Below are positions 49,151 to 58,896 of a stretch of DNA of 64,000 nt, piece by piece. Under the pieces are notes generated by a model. It did not search any database. It worked only from the letters and a program-made list of their open reading frames with translations, and was not told the origin of the DNA. The stretch is from the IMG/VR virus record IMGVR_UViG_3300042691_017862. The stretch is one strand, 5' to 3'. Numbering within the stretch: position 1 is the first letter of the stretch; each line of letters begins with the position of its first letter. This DNA is from an uncultured virus (IMG/VR IMGVR_UViG_3300042691_017862) (taxonomy: Duplodnaviria; Heunggongvirae; Uroviricota; Caudoviricetes). A program made the translations under genes and the position numbers.

Positions 49151-50725
49151 CTATTGACTTTTCTTTTTCGGTTGAACTGGTTTTTCTTCTGCTGGTTCCT
49201 TTTTTGGAACTACCATTCCCGGAATTTCTTTTGATTTTGGTAAAGATGCTTGAAGAGGAAGACCTAAACGTTTTCTTGCTAATTCAGCGACCGATTGATC
49301 TTGTCCAACGGCTTGTCTTGCTCTTCCTGCTATTGCGGATTGCGCATAATCCAAACCTTGCGCTAATGTTGGCATAGATCTAACAACCGCTTGTTCTTGT
49401 GGTGTTAATTGTGCAACTATTTGATCTCTAGCTTGTGCTAAATTCATTCCGCCGTATTTTCCACCACCAGATAATTTAATGTCTGTGTCACTAAATCCAG
49501 ATTGAGTTCCTTGGCGAACACCTAATAATCCTTGTGCTTCTCTTGATAGCTCAGATAATTTACTTTGTTGAGCTAAATCTTGAGTTCTCATCTCTTGATT
49601 TCTTCTCATTGCTTCTTGTTGTTGAACCGGATTAAATAGTTTTTCATTAAATTGATTTTCAGCAACTTGTTTTGCAGCAGCTTCATCTCCCAATAAAGTA
49701 GCTAGATTTTGAGCAGCCCCAGATTGGCTTCCCATAAAACGACCACCCGTTTGACTTATATCAATATTAGAGCTTAGGTCAGATAGAATATTTCCATATT
49801 CATCCATGTTCTTGCCGTAGATACCTTGTTCTGGATTGATTCCATATTGCTCTAGTTGATCTAGTAACGCAACATCTTGCTCCCCCCATTTAGAAGGATT
49901 ATTTGCATCAATAGTAGTTCCGTCTGGATTTTTTCCAGCAAGCATTTGTTGAATCTTAGATCCAGCTTTGTTATATTCGGAAGCTTGTTGTTTAGCTACA
50001 GATAACAATCCGGTATCACCAGATAGTTTACTACGAAGGTCTTGAATCGTCTTTGCTCTTTGAGCTTCAATCCCAGCAGCTTTAGCGGCAGCTTGACTTT
50101 GAGCACCTTGTAATGCGCCTTGTGTCTGAGCTTCAATACCAGACAAAGCACTACGACCTTGTTGAATTTGTTGTTGACCACTTCTACCAATAAGTGCTCT
50201 ATCTAACGCACTTTGTCCTGTACCGTATCCACCACGTTGAGCTACTTGAGAAGCTAGAAGTTGTTGCTGACCTCCTGCTGTTGCTCCAAGACGACCCAAC
50301 GCACTTGCAGTAGCAGCTTGAGATCCAAGTTTACCAGCAGCTTCAATCCCTTGTGGACCTTTATATGCTGCAGATCTTAATGCTTGACCTTGTTCTTTTA
50401 ATTGATTCGGATCAAGTTGTGCAAACTGATCTTGCTGACCGGAAACTTGTTGTCCGTATTGTTGTCCTTGTTGAATTGCGCTTTGTGCTCCTGCGGCACC
50501 TTGTTGCATACCAGCTTGGAACTTGCTCTTACCAGCTTCAATACCAGCTCTGATATCACCAGCTTGACTTGATAGACCTTCACCAATCTTTTGTCCCATT
50601 TTTTCACCGGCACCAACGTTCGCACCTAGTACGCGGTTGATATTAGTGAACCCAGTACCGCGCTGTTTGTTGCGGTCTTTTTTATCTTGTTCTGATTGAG
50701 TTGGTTGTTGGATTGGTTGTATCAT
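49151..50725 (-). CDS. Putative internal virion protein (Q/G/A-rich)
   Basis: Composition and operon position. Confidence 0.55.
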   Translation of the reverse strand: MIQPIQQPTQSEQDKKDRNKQRGTGFTNINRVLGANVGAGEKMGQKIGEGLSSQAGDIRAGIEAGKSKFQAGMQQGAAGAQSAIQQGQQYGQQVSGQQDQFAQLDPNQLKEQGQALRSAAYKGPQGIEAAGKLGSQAATASALGRLGATAGGQQQLLASQVAQRGGYGTGQSALDRALIGRSGQQQIQQGRSALSGIEAQTQGALQGAQSQAAAKAAGIEAQRAKTIQDLRSKLSGDTGLLSVAKQQASEYNKAGSKIQQMLAGKNPDGTTIDANNPSKWGEQDVALLDQLEQYGINPEQGIYGKNMDEYGNILSDLSSNIDISQTGGRFMGSQSGAAQNLATLLGDEAAAKQVAENQFNEKLFNPVQQQEAMRRNQEMRTQDLAQQSKLSELSREAQGLLGVRQGTQSGFSDTDIKLSGGGKYGGMNLAQARDQIVAQLTPQEQAVVRSMPTLAQGLDYAQSAIAGRARQAVGQDQSVAELARKRLGLPLQASLPKSKEIPGMVVPKKEPAEEKPVQPKKKSQ

Positions 50726-50738
50726 ATTGATTTATATA

Positions 50739-50747
50739 TAGTTGTTA
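50739..50747 (-). promoter_or_regulatory. Late-gene motif TAACAACTA (copy 1)
   Basis: Same 9-mer in three short intergenic gaps of the virion block. Confidence 0.55.
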
Positions 50748-50750
50748 AAA

Positions 50751-51164
50751 TTAGCCTAAAACAATGACCTTTATCTTAAAAGAAACGTCTTTTGGTAACC
50801 CCTTGATATTTTGGATGATTATATTTCCTTCACTTTTAACAAAAGATACAAAAACACCAGCATTGGGAAGACTCGTAGGATCAGACGCTCCAGATACATT
50901 GATTACTATTAACCCTTCTGCTGATTGTTGTCCGTTAGCAAGCTTAAACGTCGTCCTATTTCTAGGCGTTCCATTAACATCTACAGTCACCGTGAATTCT
51001 TGTATTGTCGCATTAAAGTTCTCTTTAAAGGTCAATCTATTGTTAAGAGCATTATACAATTCTTCAAACGATGAATTGATGGTTATGCCAAGATCTTTTA
51101 CCAGATCGGCGTTCTCCGGAAAGTCCTGCTCTAGAATGCGGCGATATGTACTGAGTCTTGCCAT
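50751..51164 (-). CDS. Virion-associated hypothetical protein
   Basis: ORF track; operon position. Confidence 0.65.
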   Translation of the reverse strand: MARLSTYRRILEQDFPENADLVKDLGITINSSFEELYNALNNRLTFKENFNATIQEFTVTVDVNGTPRNRTTFKLANGQQSAEGLIVINVSGASDPTSLPNAGVFVSFVKSEGNIIIQNIKGLPKDVSFKIKVIVLG

Positions 51165-54100
51165 TATCTATATGCTCTTTGTGATATTCCCAAGTTTCCA
51201 GTAAGAGTAGTTCCGTATAGTGCGTATTCTTCTCTGGCAACTTTGTGTGTAATTTTCATATTCAAATATCTACAACGTTGATTTTGAGCAGGAACTAAAG
51301 TTCTAAACGGAGCAGCATTACTTCCACCACCAAAAAATCCATATCCAAATCCCGGATCAGAATAGTGACCAAAAATACCATTACCTTGACCAAACATGTC
51401 AATAGTAGTAAACTCAGGTTTAAGATCACTACTAAATCCTACAGTGATTTTAGTCATTGCTTTATCTCTGAACATGATAGTAGTTTCTGAGATCTGCTTA
51501 TTCATAAGCGGGTCGCCAAAAGTAATGGGTGCATATGTGAATTCACAATTGATTGAGTTATATACAGTCAAAGGTCCAACAACCCATTGTAATGGAAGAT
51601 TGAGAATAACACGATTTAGTGTTTTATTCACAGATAATACAACAGATTCAATAAGAGTTATATTACTAATTTGCTGATAACTATTGTAAGTAACTCCAAG
51701 GTCGGAATTGAGGTTAGATATAATTGCGTTGTAACATGCTTTAATGTCTTCAAATGTATTTAGATTTCCCGATGTTGAATAAGTTGAACCAGTTCCACCA
51801 GATGTTGTCACATTGATAGGAATACTAAACTCTGTACTAACTGCTTGTGTATCGCTTACTACGTGAGTACCAACAATGCTAGGAATAGATCCATTTGCTG
51901 TTGTAATAGTAACAACACGACCATCAACTAATCCGTGTGCAGTTGATGTCACAACAACCGTAGGAGTATCTTCTGAGTTAGAAACTATAGATCCGGATTT
52001 ATTAGCAACTTTGCTACTATAGTTGGTTGACAATACACCCGGATCGGAGTCGAGATAAGCAGCTAAAGCTACGACCTTATCTCGCATGTTATCCCCACTC
52101 GATGCTTCTAGTGTATTTTCATAGCTGCGTTTCACAGTACCTGAAGTTGTCTGCACTAAAAGCGAGGTCGGGATAGTAATCTGGAATGATGTCGATGCAA
52201 CATTACTAACTGAATACAAACCATCCAAAGAAGGATATGAAGTTGTATCTGAAAGTGTTACGTAGTCATTGTTTGTTAAATAGTGAGGAGAAGAAGTGTT
52301 AATTGTAATGGTAGTACTAGCACCAGAACTAGATGTAATGGTACTAACACCAACAGTTGGATCTAAGTCAAGTTGACGAAGAGTACTATTGAATGCGTAT
52401 ATTGTGAGAGTTTGTTCTTGAGTAATAACATCACCAACATTTATACCAGCAACAGAAGGGAATGTCATTGTTTTTGTTGAAACGTTGAGTGCATCGTCAG
52501 CTAAATCAAGTGAGAAGTCTTTATCTGCATAGTCTGTTCTATTGAAATTCTTACGTTCTTTATGAATTAGGTTATCTTCACCAGAACCCATGAACAATAC
52601 ATCTTCAAATCCCGGATTTAATCCACAAGTTTGAGTTCTTGAAAAGGTGGTCCAAGTATTTGTAAGAGTACAATGTCTAAAAGCAATTGTAGCAACTGTA
52701 TCTGTTGTTTGAGTATTTGTATATACAGTGTAACTACTATCACTATCGTATCCAATACCCCAAGTTACTTTGCTAAAATTAGTAAAAGGAACAGAACTTA
52801 ATCTGAGAATCTCAGTGTCGATTGGTCTACTAATAGTTTCACCAGCACCCGATTCTGTTATAGGCGTAATACCTTCTGAAGTCCAAGCGTATACAGTATT
52901 CTTAGTTACAGAAACGCTATCAGGAGCAGTAACAGTGTATGAAGAATCTAATAATGATGTAGTGAACGGAGCAACTTCTCCTGAAATACGATACGCACCA
53001 TCTTGTTTGAATGCGAATAATGTATCTCTAAGTGGAAAAATACGCAAGATCTCTTTATCTTCGGCAGAAATATCGAAGTAATTAAGAAGAGGCACAGCTT
53101 CTGGTTGACCCAATTTGCTGTAGTAAATTCGGTTTGGCTTAATATCGTTAGTTGATACAATAGTTTCACTTGCTAAACTATAAGCAAAGCTTGTTCCAGC
53201 ACCAACGAAAGAAGAACCAAATACAATATCAAATGTATCTGTCGTACAATTTGTTACAGCATATAGTCCAGCAACTACTGGGTTACAGTTTGAGAAAGAA
53301 ATAACGATTTCATCACCATTGTTTAGACCGTGAGCTGTATGTTCAAACGTAAATGTAGTACCAGATCCAGTAATAGGACCAGTCACCACTTCAATTGGTC
53401 CAATATCAGGATTGAAAGACAATCCAACATCTACAGTACTAGAAGCAACGTAGAATGGTTCAGGAGTAAGATCTTTTTCTTCTAAATTAATCTGACCGGG
53501 AGATGTGCTATCACCGCTGATGTAGTAAGCGTTAACAATACTAGTAGATTGTTTATTAATCACTCGTACTAAAGACTGTGCAGTTTGGTCAATAGCTTGT
53601 GCCGCAGAAGTTAAAGAGGATAAAAGCACTTGTTTATTAGCAGCATCTTCTCCATCACCAGCTTGGAATTGAGTAATAGTGAACCCTGTATCACCATCTA
53701 CAGCAGGATCACAGATACCTTCATTCGTAGCGGTGATAGTAACAACATTTGATTTAAAATATGCATTAGAAAATGTTACACCAGTTGGAAGTGATGCAGT
53801 AGCAATTGTAAAACTTGTTGAAGTTGGGGCGGAAACAACCGTTGCAACACCATTAATAGTAGTTCCACCAGTTTGTGTAACACCAAAAATCTCTACCGTA
53901 TCACCAATAGAAAGATGATTATCAACCAATGTTTCTATTGTTGTGTTTGGAGTAGCAGAAGTAATACTTGAAATATTGTATGTATTATTACACGAAAAAT
54001 CGTATATGAATTCGTTTAGAGTATTTAAAACTCTTTCTGCGATTTTTAATTCATCGTCTGCTGTTAAAATATTGATTGGAATAGAAATGGCACCAGAAAT

Positions 54101-55999
54101 TAGTGGATCTGCTCCAACTCCATTAACAATAAAGTATGGTGTATAGTGAATACCAGACTGTGAATATAGATTAAAATACTCACCACCAGAAAGAGTATCT
54201 AAACAAGCGACGTCTGTGATCTCTTTTGCTCCACTAATAAACTCATATGTATCATATCCAGCAGAACTGGCAATAGTGATAGTATCACCGGAGTTAATTA
54301 GAGTAACACCGAGTAGTTGGAAGGTACTTAGTCTTTGTTTTGTTCTTGTATTTGCATAGAATACAACGTTCTTGAAACGATTGATGTCTTTAGCAAATGG
54401 AGGAGGCTCGTTTGCTGCTACTAAACCTTCACCGGATTCAGGATTTGTATAAAGGTTTGTATTAAACTGTACAAGTTCTTCTGGAGAAGCGTCATTGAAT
54501 ACTAAGTAACCTTGAGAAATCTCGGCAGAAGTTGGGAATGCTTCATAAACTAGACGCATTTCATCGTCTGGTATTACGGAAATACCACCAGCACCTAGAG
54601 ATTGACCTTCTGTTGCTGTAAAAATACGTGTTCTATAGATTTGTACGAAGTAATCTGAGTCAATATTTGTTGGAATTGTAACTGTTACATCAACATTCGC
54701 AGAAGAAGTCATTGTAAATGGTGTAATGTATGATGACATTAATCCGGTTGGAATAATAGCTGGTAATTCTACCTTAAGACGTTCAGAAATTCTAAAAAGA
54801 GTGTTATTGATGATACCAATTTGTTCAGAAGTGGCTGGTGCAGATAGTTCTGTGTCATCTAATGATTGAGCATATGTTGCATCACCAGTAGCTGTAATCT
54901 TTCTGTAGTTAGCAGAATACAAATCACCAGTAGTTAATACATGACTATCATCAGCATGTTCAAAGGTAAAAGAAAGAGTAGTAGAAGTTGGTGCGTAATC
55001 TAATGTATAGTAAGGAGTTGTTGTAGTATTGTTCAAATAATCAATAGCAGTTGAAAGATTTTTTAATTCAATACTATCATTAATAGAGAAATATAAGCTC
55101 GGATCACTTCCCACTTCAAATTCAATGGTACAAACATTATTAACAATGTCAATTTTCTTCATATCAAGAGGAGGAGTTCCACCACCTGATGTATTTGCTA
55201 GAAATAGATCTTGATCTAATTGAATTGCTAGATTTTTTACATTGTTATAAAGTAATGATGCATCTGAATTGATCGGAGTATAATAAGATGTTGCGTAGTT
55301 TCCATCTCTGATTTCTGATCCGGTTTGATCAAGAAGATCTAAATTAACAATGAGAGTGTTTAAATCCATTGCTGTAGTATCTAATGCGTAGTTATACACT
55401 TCTACTCTGTTAGAAGGAACTCCAAGAAGCAAATTATCGTTTGCATCTTTGTACCCCCAAACGGCACGATAAGCAACCGCACTATCCAAAGGAAGGAAGC
55501 CAGATAAAAGTCCTTGTTCAATAACAAGCTTTGCTGTAATATCTAGAGCCTTAATAGCTCCCGCACTTTTAATAAGAGTAGTTGATAAATCAGCAGCAGT
55601 CTTAGCTGAGATCTTCTTAACACCTTCACTAGTTGTAAAGTAGAGATTTTTATTAGCTTCGATTGATTTGATACGAAGACCAGATTGAGTTTCGCTATAA
55701 GATCCAGAAAATGCTTGGAAGATTGCTTTACCGTTAGCATCTAGTTCGCTAGTATCAAAAGCTAGAGTAGTTCCGTAGTGAGCAAGTATTCTATCCTTGT
55801 ATTCAATTAGTTGCTTGATTCTATCAGTACTAATTCCTAGATCTTGACTGTACTCTTTCAATCCTCTTCTAGATTCAATAACATTATCACGACGAATGAT
55901 AACATTATCAGCTTGCACAAGAGATCCTTGTGGAAGGCTAAGACTATTTGGGCTATAATTAAGTCCTAATGCTTGAAGTGTTACTTGTTGAGAAGCCAT
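51164..55999 (-). CDS. Large tail protein (tail tubular B/nozzle-like) with inserted beta-rich repeats
   Basis: ADNVIIRRD..IESRRG N-terminus; NRIYYSKLGQPE beta-propeller-like motif; repeated H.L..GD.V.I modules. Confidence 0.7.
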   Translation of the reverse strand: MASQQVTLQALGLNYSPNSLSLPQGSLVQADNVIIRRDNVIESRRGLKEYSQDLGISTDRIKQLIEYKDRILAHYGTTLAFDTSELDANGKAIFQAFSGSYSETQSGLRIKSIEANKNLYFTTSEGVKKISAKTAADLSTTLIKSAGAIKALDITAKLVIEQGLLSGFLPLDSAVAYRAVWGYKDANDNLLLGVPSNRVEVYNYALDTTAMDLNTLIVNLDLLDQTGSEIRDGNYATSYYTPINSDASLLYNNVKNLAIQLDQDLFLANTSGGGTPPLDMKKIDIVNNVCTIEFEVGSDPSLYFSINDSIELKNLSTAIDYLNNTTTTPYYTLDYAPTSTTLSFTFEHADDSHVLTTGDLYSANYRKITATGDATYAQSLDDTELSAPATSEQIGIINNTLFRISERLKVELPAIIPTGLMSSYITPFTMTSSANVDVTVTIPTNIDSDYFVQIYRTRIFTATEGQSLGAGGISVIPDDEMRLVYEAFPTSAEISQGYLVFNDASPEELVQFNTNLYTNPESGEGLVAANEPPPFAKDINRFKNVVFYANTRTKQRLSTFQLLGVTLINSGDTITIASSAGYDTYEFISGAKEITDVACLDTLSGGEYFNLYSQSGIHYTPYFIVNGVGADPLISGAISIPINILTADDELKIAERVLNTLNEFIYDFSCNNTYNISSITSATPNTTIETLVDNHLSIGDTVEIFGVTQTGGTTINGVATVVSAPTSTSFTIATASLPTGVTFSNAYFKSNVVTITATNEGICDPAVDGDTGFTITQFQAGDGEDAANKQVLLSSLTSAAQAIDQTAQSLVRVINKQSTSIVNAYYISGDSTSPGQINLEEKDLTPEPFYVASSTVDVGLSFNPDIGPIEVVTGPITGSGTTFTFEHTAHGLNNGDEIVISFSNCNPVVAGLYAVTNCTTDTFDIVFGSSFVGAGTSFAYSLASETIVSTNDIKPNRIYYSKLGQPEAVPLLNYFDISAEDKEILRIFPLRDTLFAFKQDGAYRISGEVAPFTTSLLDSSYTVTAPDSVSVTKNTVYAWTSEGITPITESGAGETISRPIDTEILRLSSVPFTNFSKVTWGIGYDSDSSYTVYTNTQTTDTVATIAFRHCTLTNTWTTFSRTQTCGLNPGFEDVLFMGSGEDNLIHKERKNFNRTDYADKDFSLDLADDALNVSTKTMTFPSVAGINVGDVITQEQTLTIYAFNSTLRQLDLDPTVGVSTITSSSGASTTITINTSSPHYLTNNDYVTLSDTTSYPSLDGLYSVSNVASTSFQITIPTSLLVQTTSGTVKRSYENTLEASSGDNMRDKVVALAAYLDSDPGVLSTNYSSKVANKSGSIVSNSEDTPTVVVTSTAHGLVDGRVVTITTANGSIPSIVGTHVVSDTQAVSTEFSIPINVTTSGGTGSTYSTSGNLNTFEDIKACYNAIISNLNSDLGVTYNSYQQISNITLIESVVLSVNKTLNRVILNLPLQWVVGPLTVYNSINCEFTYAPITFGDPLMNKQISETTIMFRDKAMTKITVGFSSDLKPEFTTIDMFGQGNGIFGHYSDPGFGYGFFGGGSNAAPFRTLVPAQNQRCRYLNMKITHKVAREEYALYGTTLTGNLGISQRAYR

Positions 56000-56009
56000 C
56001 TAAGTCCTC

Positions 56010-57341
56010 TTATAGCCTACGACGACCGCGTTTACCGAGGCGTAATAGGGAGAATTGATTAAATACTTTTGGTACGCTTGATTCTACACGTTGTCCGATT
56101 AGGGCAGCTTGTTGCTTATCCATTTCGGCAAGCTTACCCATAGAAACAGCAAGACCTTCTTTGTCGCCAATAGCCATTAGGATACGAGCAGCAACCATTT
56201 CAGCAAGTTTGCTATGAAGTTCTGGTGGAATTTGTGGGATAATACATTCATTGGCAAGACAAATATAGTCACCTACTTGAATTGATACATACTTTTGTGG
56301 ACCACCTGAGCTATTGTTAACCCAAGTTTGAAGATCGGTCATCTTGAACTTACCAACATTTCCCGGAAGAATTTGGCGTAATTTTACATCATATGTATAT
56401 GTACGATGGCCCGGATTCATTTGTAGAAAATCTACTAGGCTATTTGTTTGATATAGATCTTCTGTAATATCCGTTTCTGGGTCTGTATAACTTGTTGCTA
56501 AATTATCGAACTTAATATAGACGTAATTATTATCAACAGAAATACCACTAGAAGCAACAGAGAAAGAAGTAGAAATATCGGAATAGTCCACAGTAGAAAT
56601 TGAAGAAGAAACAGTACAAGAAACATCTTCTAATCCTAGATTGTTAATTGCTGAGTTAATATTAGCAGCAGTAATAGCAGCAGTTGCTCCAATTTCAAAC
56701 TGGTTTGCACTAGGAGAAGATGCAACCGCAGTTAAAGTTGTAACAACCGGACTATTAGACTGATTTCCCGTAGTAATAATGATAGTATCATCAACTTGTA
56801 TTTGAGAATTATCAGAAACTACAAGAGCTTTTTGAAACCCTTCGATAATAGCAGCGCGATCATCTCTTACTAGAAAGTTAGGACGAAGATAGATGAAGAA
56901 GTTTAAGGAACCTGTTGCACCAGCAACAACTTGAGGAGTGATAACGATTTCGTTACCTTCCAAATAGTATTTACCAATGGCTTGATTACTACCAGAACTT
57001 TGTTGATAGAAGGACTTTTCTTCAGGAGCAATTCTGCTCATCTTGAAAAAGTTACCAGAACTATCGCTCCAGTTAATATCTCTTACAGAACCACCTTGTG
57101 CTCTACTAGGAATTGGATATCTACTGATACCATCCACCAGAGCAGTAGGAGGACACTTGTATACAAAATATTCCTCATGCAGCTCACGAATTGCTGGAAC
57201 AGCACTGATTTGTAGCTCCTCATTTATCATCGTAAGAATGTCATTGTACGTCAACGTTGATTGTGACGTAGGAAACATAATACGAAGCTTGATAGAGCTT
57301 ACTAGAGAATTTGTTGTATAGTAAGGTTTGATTCCTGCCAT
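56010..57341 (-). CDS. Putative head-tail adaptor / tail tubular A-like protein
   Basis: IL.MINEE, Y.IPS, PQIPPELHS.L....AAR motifs; position upstream of nozzle-like gene. Confidence 0.55.
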   Translation of the reverse strand: MAGIKPYYTTNSLVSSIKLRIMFPTSQSTLTYNDILTMINEELQISAVPAIRELHEEYFVYKCPPTALVDGISRYPIPSRAQGGSVRDINWSDSSGNFFKMSRIAPEEKSFYQQSSGSNQAIGKYYLEGNEIVITPQVVAGATGSLNFFIYLRPNFLVRDDRAAIIEGFQKALVVSDNSQIQVDDTIIITTGNQSNSPVVTTLTAVASSPSANQFEIGATAAITAANINSAINNLGLEDVSCTVSSSISTVDYSDISTSFSVASSGISVDNNYVYIKFDNLATSYTDPETDITEDLYQTNSLVDFLQMNPGHRTYTYDVKLRQILPGNVGKFKMTDLQTWVNNSSGGPQKYVSIQVGDYICLANECIIPQIPPELHSKLAEMVAARILMAIGDKEGLAVSMGKLAEMDKQQAALIGQRVESSVPKVFNQFSLLRLGKRGRRRL

Positions 57342-57345
57342 TTAA

Positions 57346-57699
57346 TTAGGCTTTCATTGCTTCAATTTGTGCTTTAAGGGCTTCGATTTCTGCTTTTAAT
57401 TCTTCTTCTGATTTCTCTTCAGACTCTTCCATATCGTCTTCAGATTCCATTTCGCCAAGTTCCATTTCTGGACTTTCTTCTTCACCTTCAACGATGCTCT
57501 CAGCTTTTTCAAGACCTTCTTTTAAGCCTTCTTTAGAATCAGAAGCAACAGAAACTTTTTTCATTCCTTTTACTTTTTCTAATCCCATGCTTCCAAGGTG
57601 TTCCATTAGGTCTGAAAGTACAGAACCTTTTGCTTTTTTGTGAGAAGGAGACATTGGTTTACCTTCTGCCTTCTTCTTTGCGATAATTTTTTCAAACAT
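57346..57699 (-). CDS. Acidic hypothetical protein (likely start MFEKII)
   Basis: Within ORF 57346..57783; E-rich C-terminus. Confidence 0.6.
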   Translation of the reverse strand: MFEKIIAKKKAEGKPMSPSHKKAKGSVLSDLMEHLGSMGLEKVKGMKKVSVASDSKEGLKEGLEKAESIVEGEEESPEMELGEMESEDDMEESEEKSEEELKAEIEALKAQIEAMKA

Positions 57700-57719
57700 T
57701 TTATTCACTGATTTTTCTC

Positions 57720-58166
57720 CTATTTCAAAATCAATTTTAGCAGTAGTAAAGTTATGGTAAGTGCGTGTACTGCAATCGCGCATTTTACCAAAGTTGACAT
57801 TTCTTTAATTTGAACTTCCTTAACAATCACTGGTATTTCTACCATTTTAATCTCGTGTTGTATTACAGGAACTTCTTTTATAACTTCTTCAATCTCTTTT
57901 ACTACAATTGGAATCTCAACTCTTTCGATTTGTAATTCTTTTTGTATAATGATTTTCTCTACTTCAACAATTTGCACTTCTTTTTGTACAATAATTGTTG
58001 GCACTTCAATTCTTTCGATGCGAACTTCTTGTGCTGGGGCACTACCAGCTTGTACATTGAAATTGGGTAAAGCTCCACCAACTACAACCACACGTTTAGC
58101 ATCAAGAAGTTCATCGAACTCTCTCTGTATGATCTGCGAAGGATCTGCGTGTGAAATTTGTCTCAT
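57720..58166 (-). CDS. Protein with V/I-E-V/I-P repeats and C-terminal transmembrane helix
   Basis: IEVP, VEIP, KEVP, VEIP repeats; hydrophobic tail. Confidence 0.7.
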   Translation of the reverse strand: MRQISHADPSQIIQREFDELLDAKRVVVVGGALPNFNVQAGSAPAQEVRIERIEVPTIIVQKEVQIVEVEKIIIQKELQIERVEIPIVVKEIEEVIKEVPVIQHEIKMVEIPVIVKEVQIKEMSTLVKCAIAVHALTITLLLLKLILK

Positions 58167-58171
58167 ATATC

Positions 58172-58180
58172 TAGTTGTTA
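58172..58180 (-). promoter_or_regulatory. Late-gene motif TAACAACTA (copy 2)
   Basis: 5 nt upstream of the ATG at 58166; no SD. Confidence 0.55.
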
Positions 58181-58189
58181 ATATTGTAA

Positions 58190-58798
58190 TTAAAGAACTT
58201 GTGCTCTGAATCTAATGAACCCAGAAGTAAATCCAGAAATAACCCCAGTAGTTACGCGTACTTGTCCACTAGAATCAATTGAAAAGGTTAATAGGTTACC
58301 AGCTCCAGTATATTCGACTTGAAGATCTGCACCAGTCCAATCAGTTGGATCGTTTCTTGTTCCTAGTAATTTATAGGTAGCGTATGTATCGGTAGTAGCA
58401 TTTACGTATACGTGTAATAATGCTTCAAAAGACATGATAGATGTACTGAAGTCTAAACCAACAATAGAATCATTTGAGGAATTGTCAGCTAATCCTGACC
58501 ATGTAGTAGGTGCTATGTCACCAGAAACTCCACCCGGAGCGTCTGCGAAAGTTCCATCACCTCGTAGGAATTTTGTTGCGTCACCAGCAACAGGAGCAGG
58601 AACTAGACCTTTAGTTCCACCGCTACCAGAATCCCCAACCATTACGTCAAGGATTGATGTAGCGTCACTAGCAGAAAGATCTTCAACGTTACCAGTACCA
58701 GATGTTTTACGACCTTTGAGAGTAGAAGTAGCAACTTGCGCGAGTTTTGGATTCGTAACCGCATTTGCTTCTATGAATTTAGTCTTTATCCTAGACAT
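58190..58798 (-). CDS. Tail-fibre-associated protein
   Basis: AVTNPKLA; GTKGLVPAP.AGD..KFLRGDGTF motif common in phage fibres. Confidence 0.65.
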   Translation of the reverse strand: MSRIKTKFIEANAVTNPKLAQVATSTLKGRKTSGTGNVEDLSASDATSILDVMVGDSGSGGTKGLVPAPVAGDATKFLRGDGTFADAPGGVSGDIAPTTWSGLADNSSNDSIVGLDFSTSIMSFEALLHVYVNATTDTYATYKLLGTRNDPTDWTGADLQVEYTGAGNLLTFSIDSSGQVRVTTGVISGFTSGFIRFRAQVL

Positions 58799-58799
58799 T

Positions 58800-58880
58800 T
58801 GAAGTTTCCTTCAGCTCATCCGAGCCAGCTTCGATATTTCAATCGGTAATTAGACGGGTAGAGATTTCTCCCTACCCATC
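58800..58880 (-). promoter_or_regulatory. Multi-hairpin 5' leader
   Basis: On - strand: GATGGGTAGGGA-GAAA-TCTCTACCCGTC, CGAT/ATCG, GCTC-GGAT-GAGC, TGAAG-GAAA-CTTCA just before the ATG. Confidence 0.55.
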
Positions 58881-58887
58881 ACTATAC

Positions 58888-58896
58888 TAGTTGTTA
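58888..58896 (-). promoter_or_regulatory. Late-gene motif TAACAACTA (copy 3)
   Basis: Immediately after the stop of the 737-aa fibre gene and before the hairpin leader. Confidence 0.55.
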
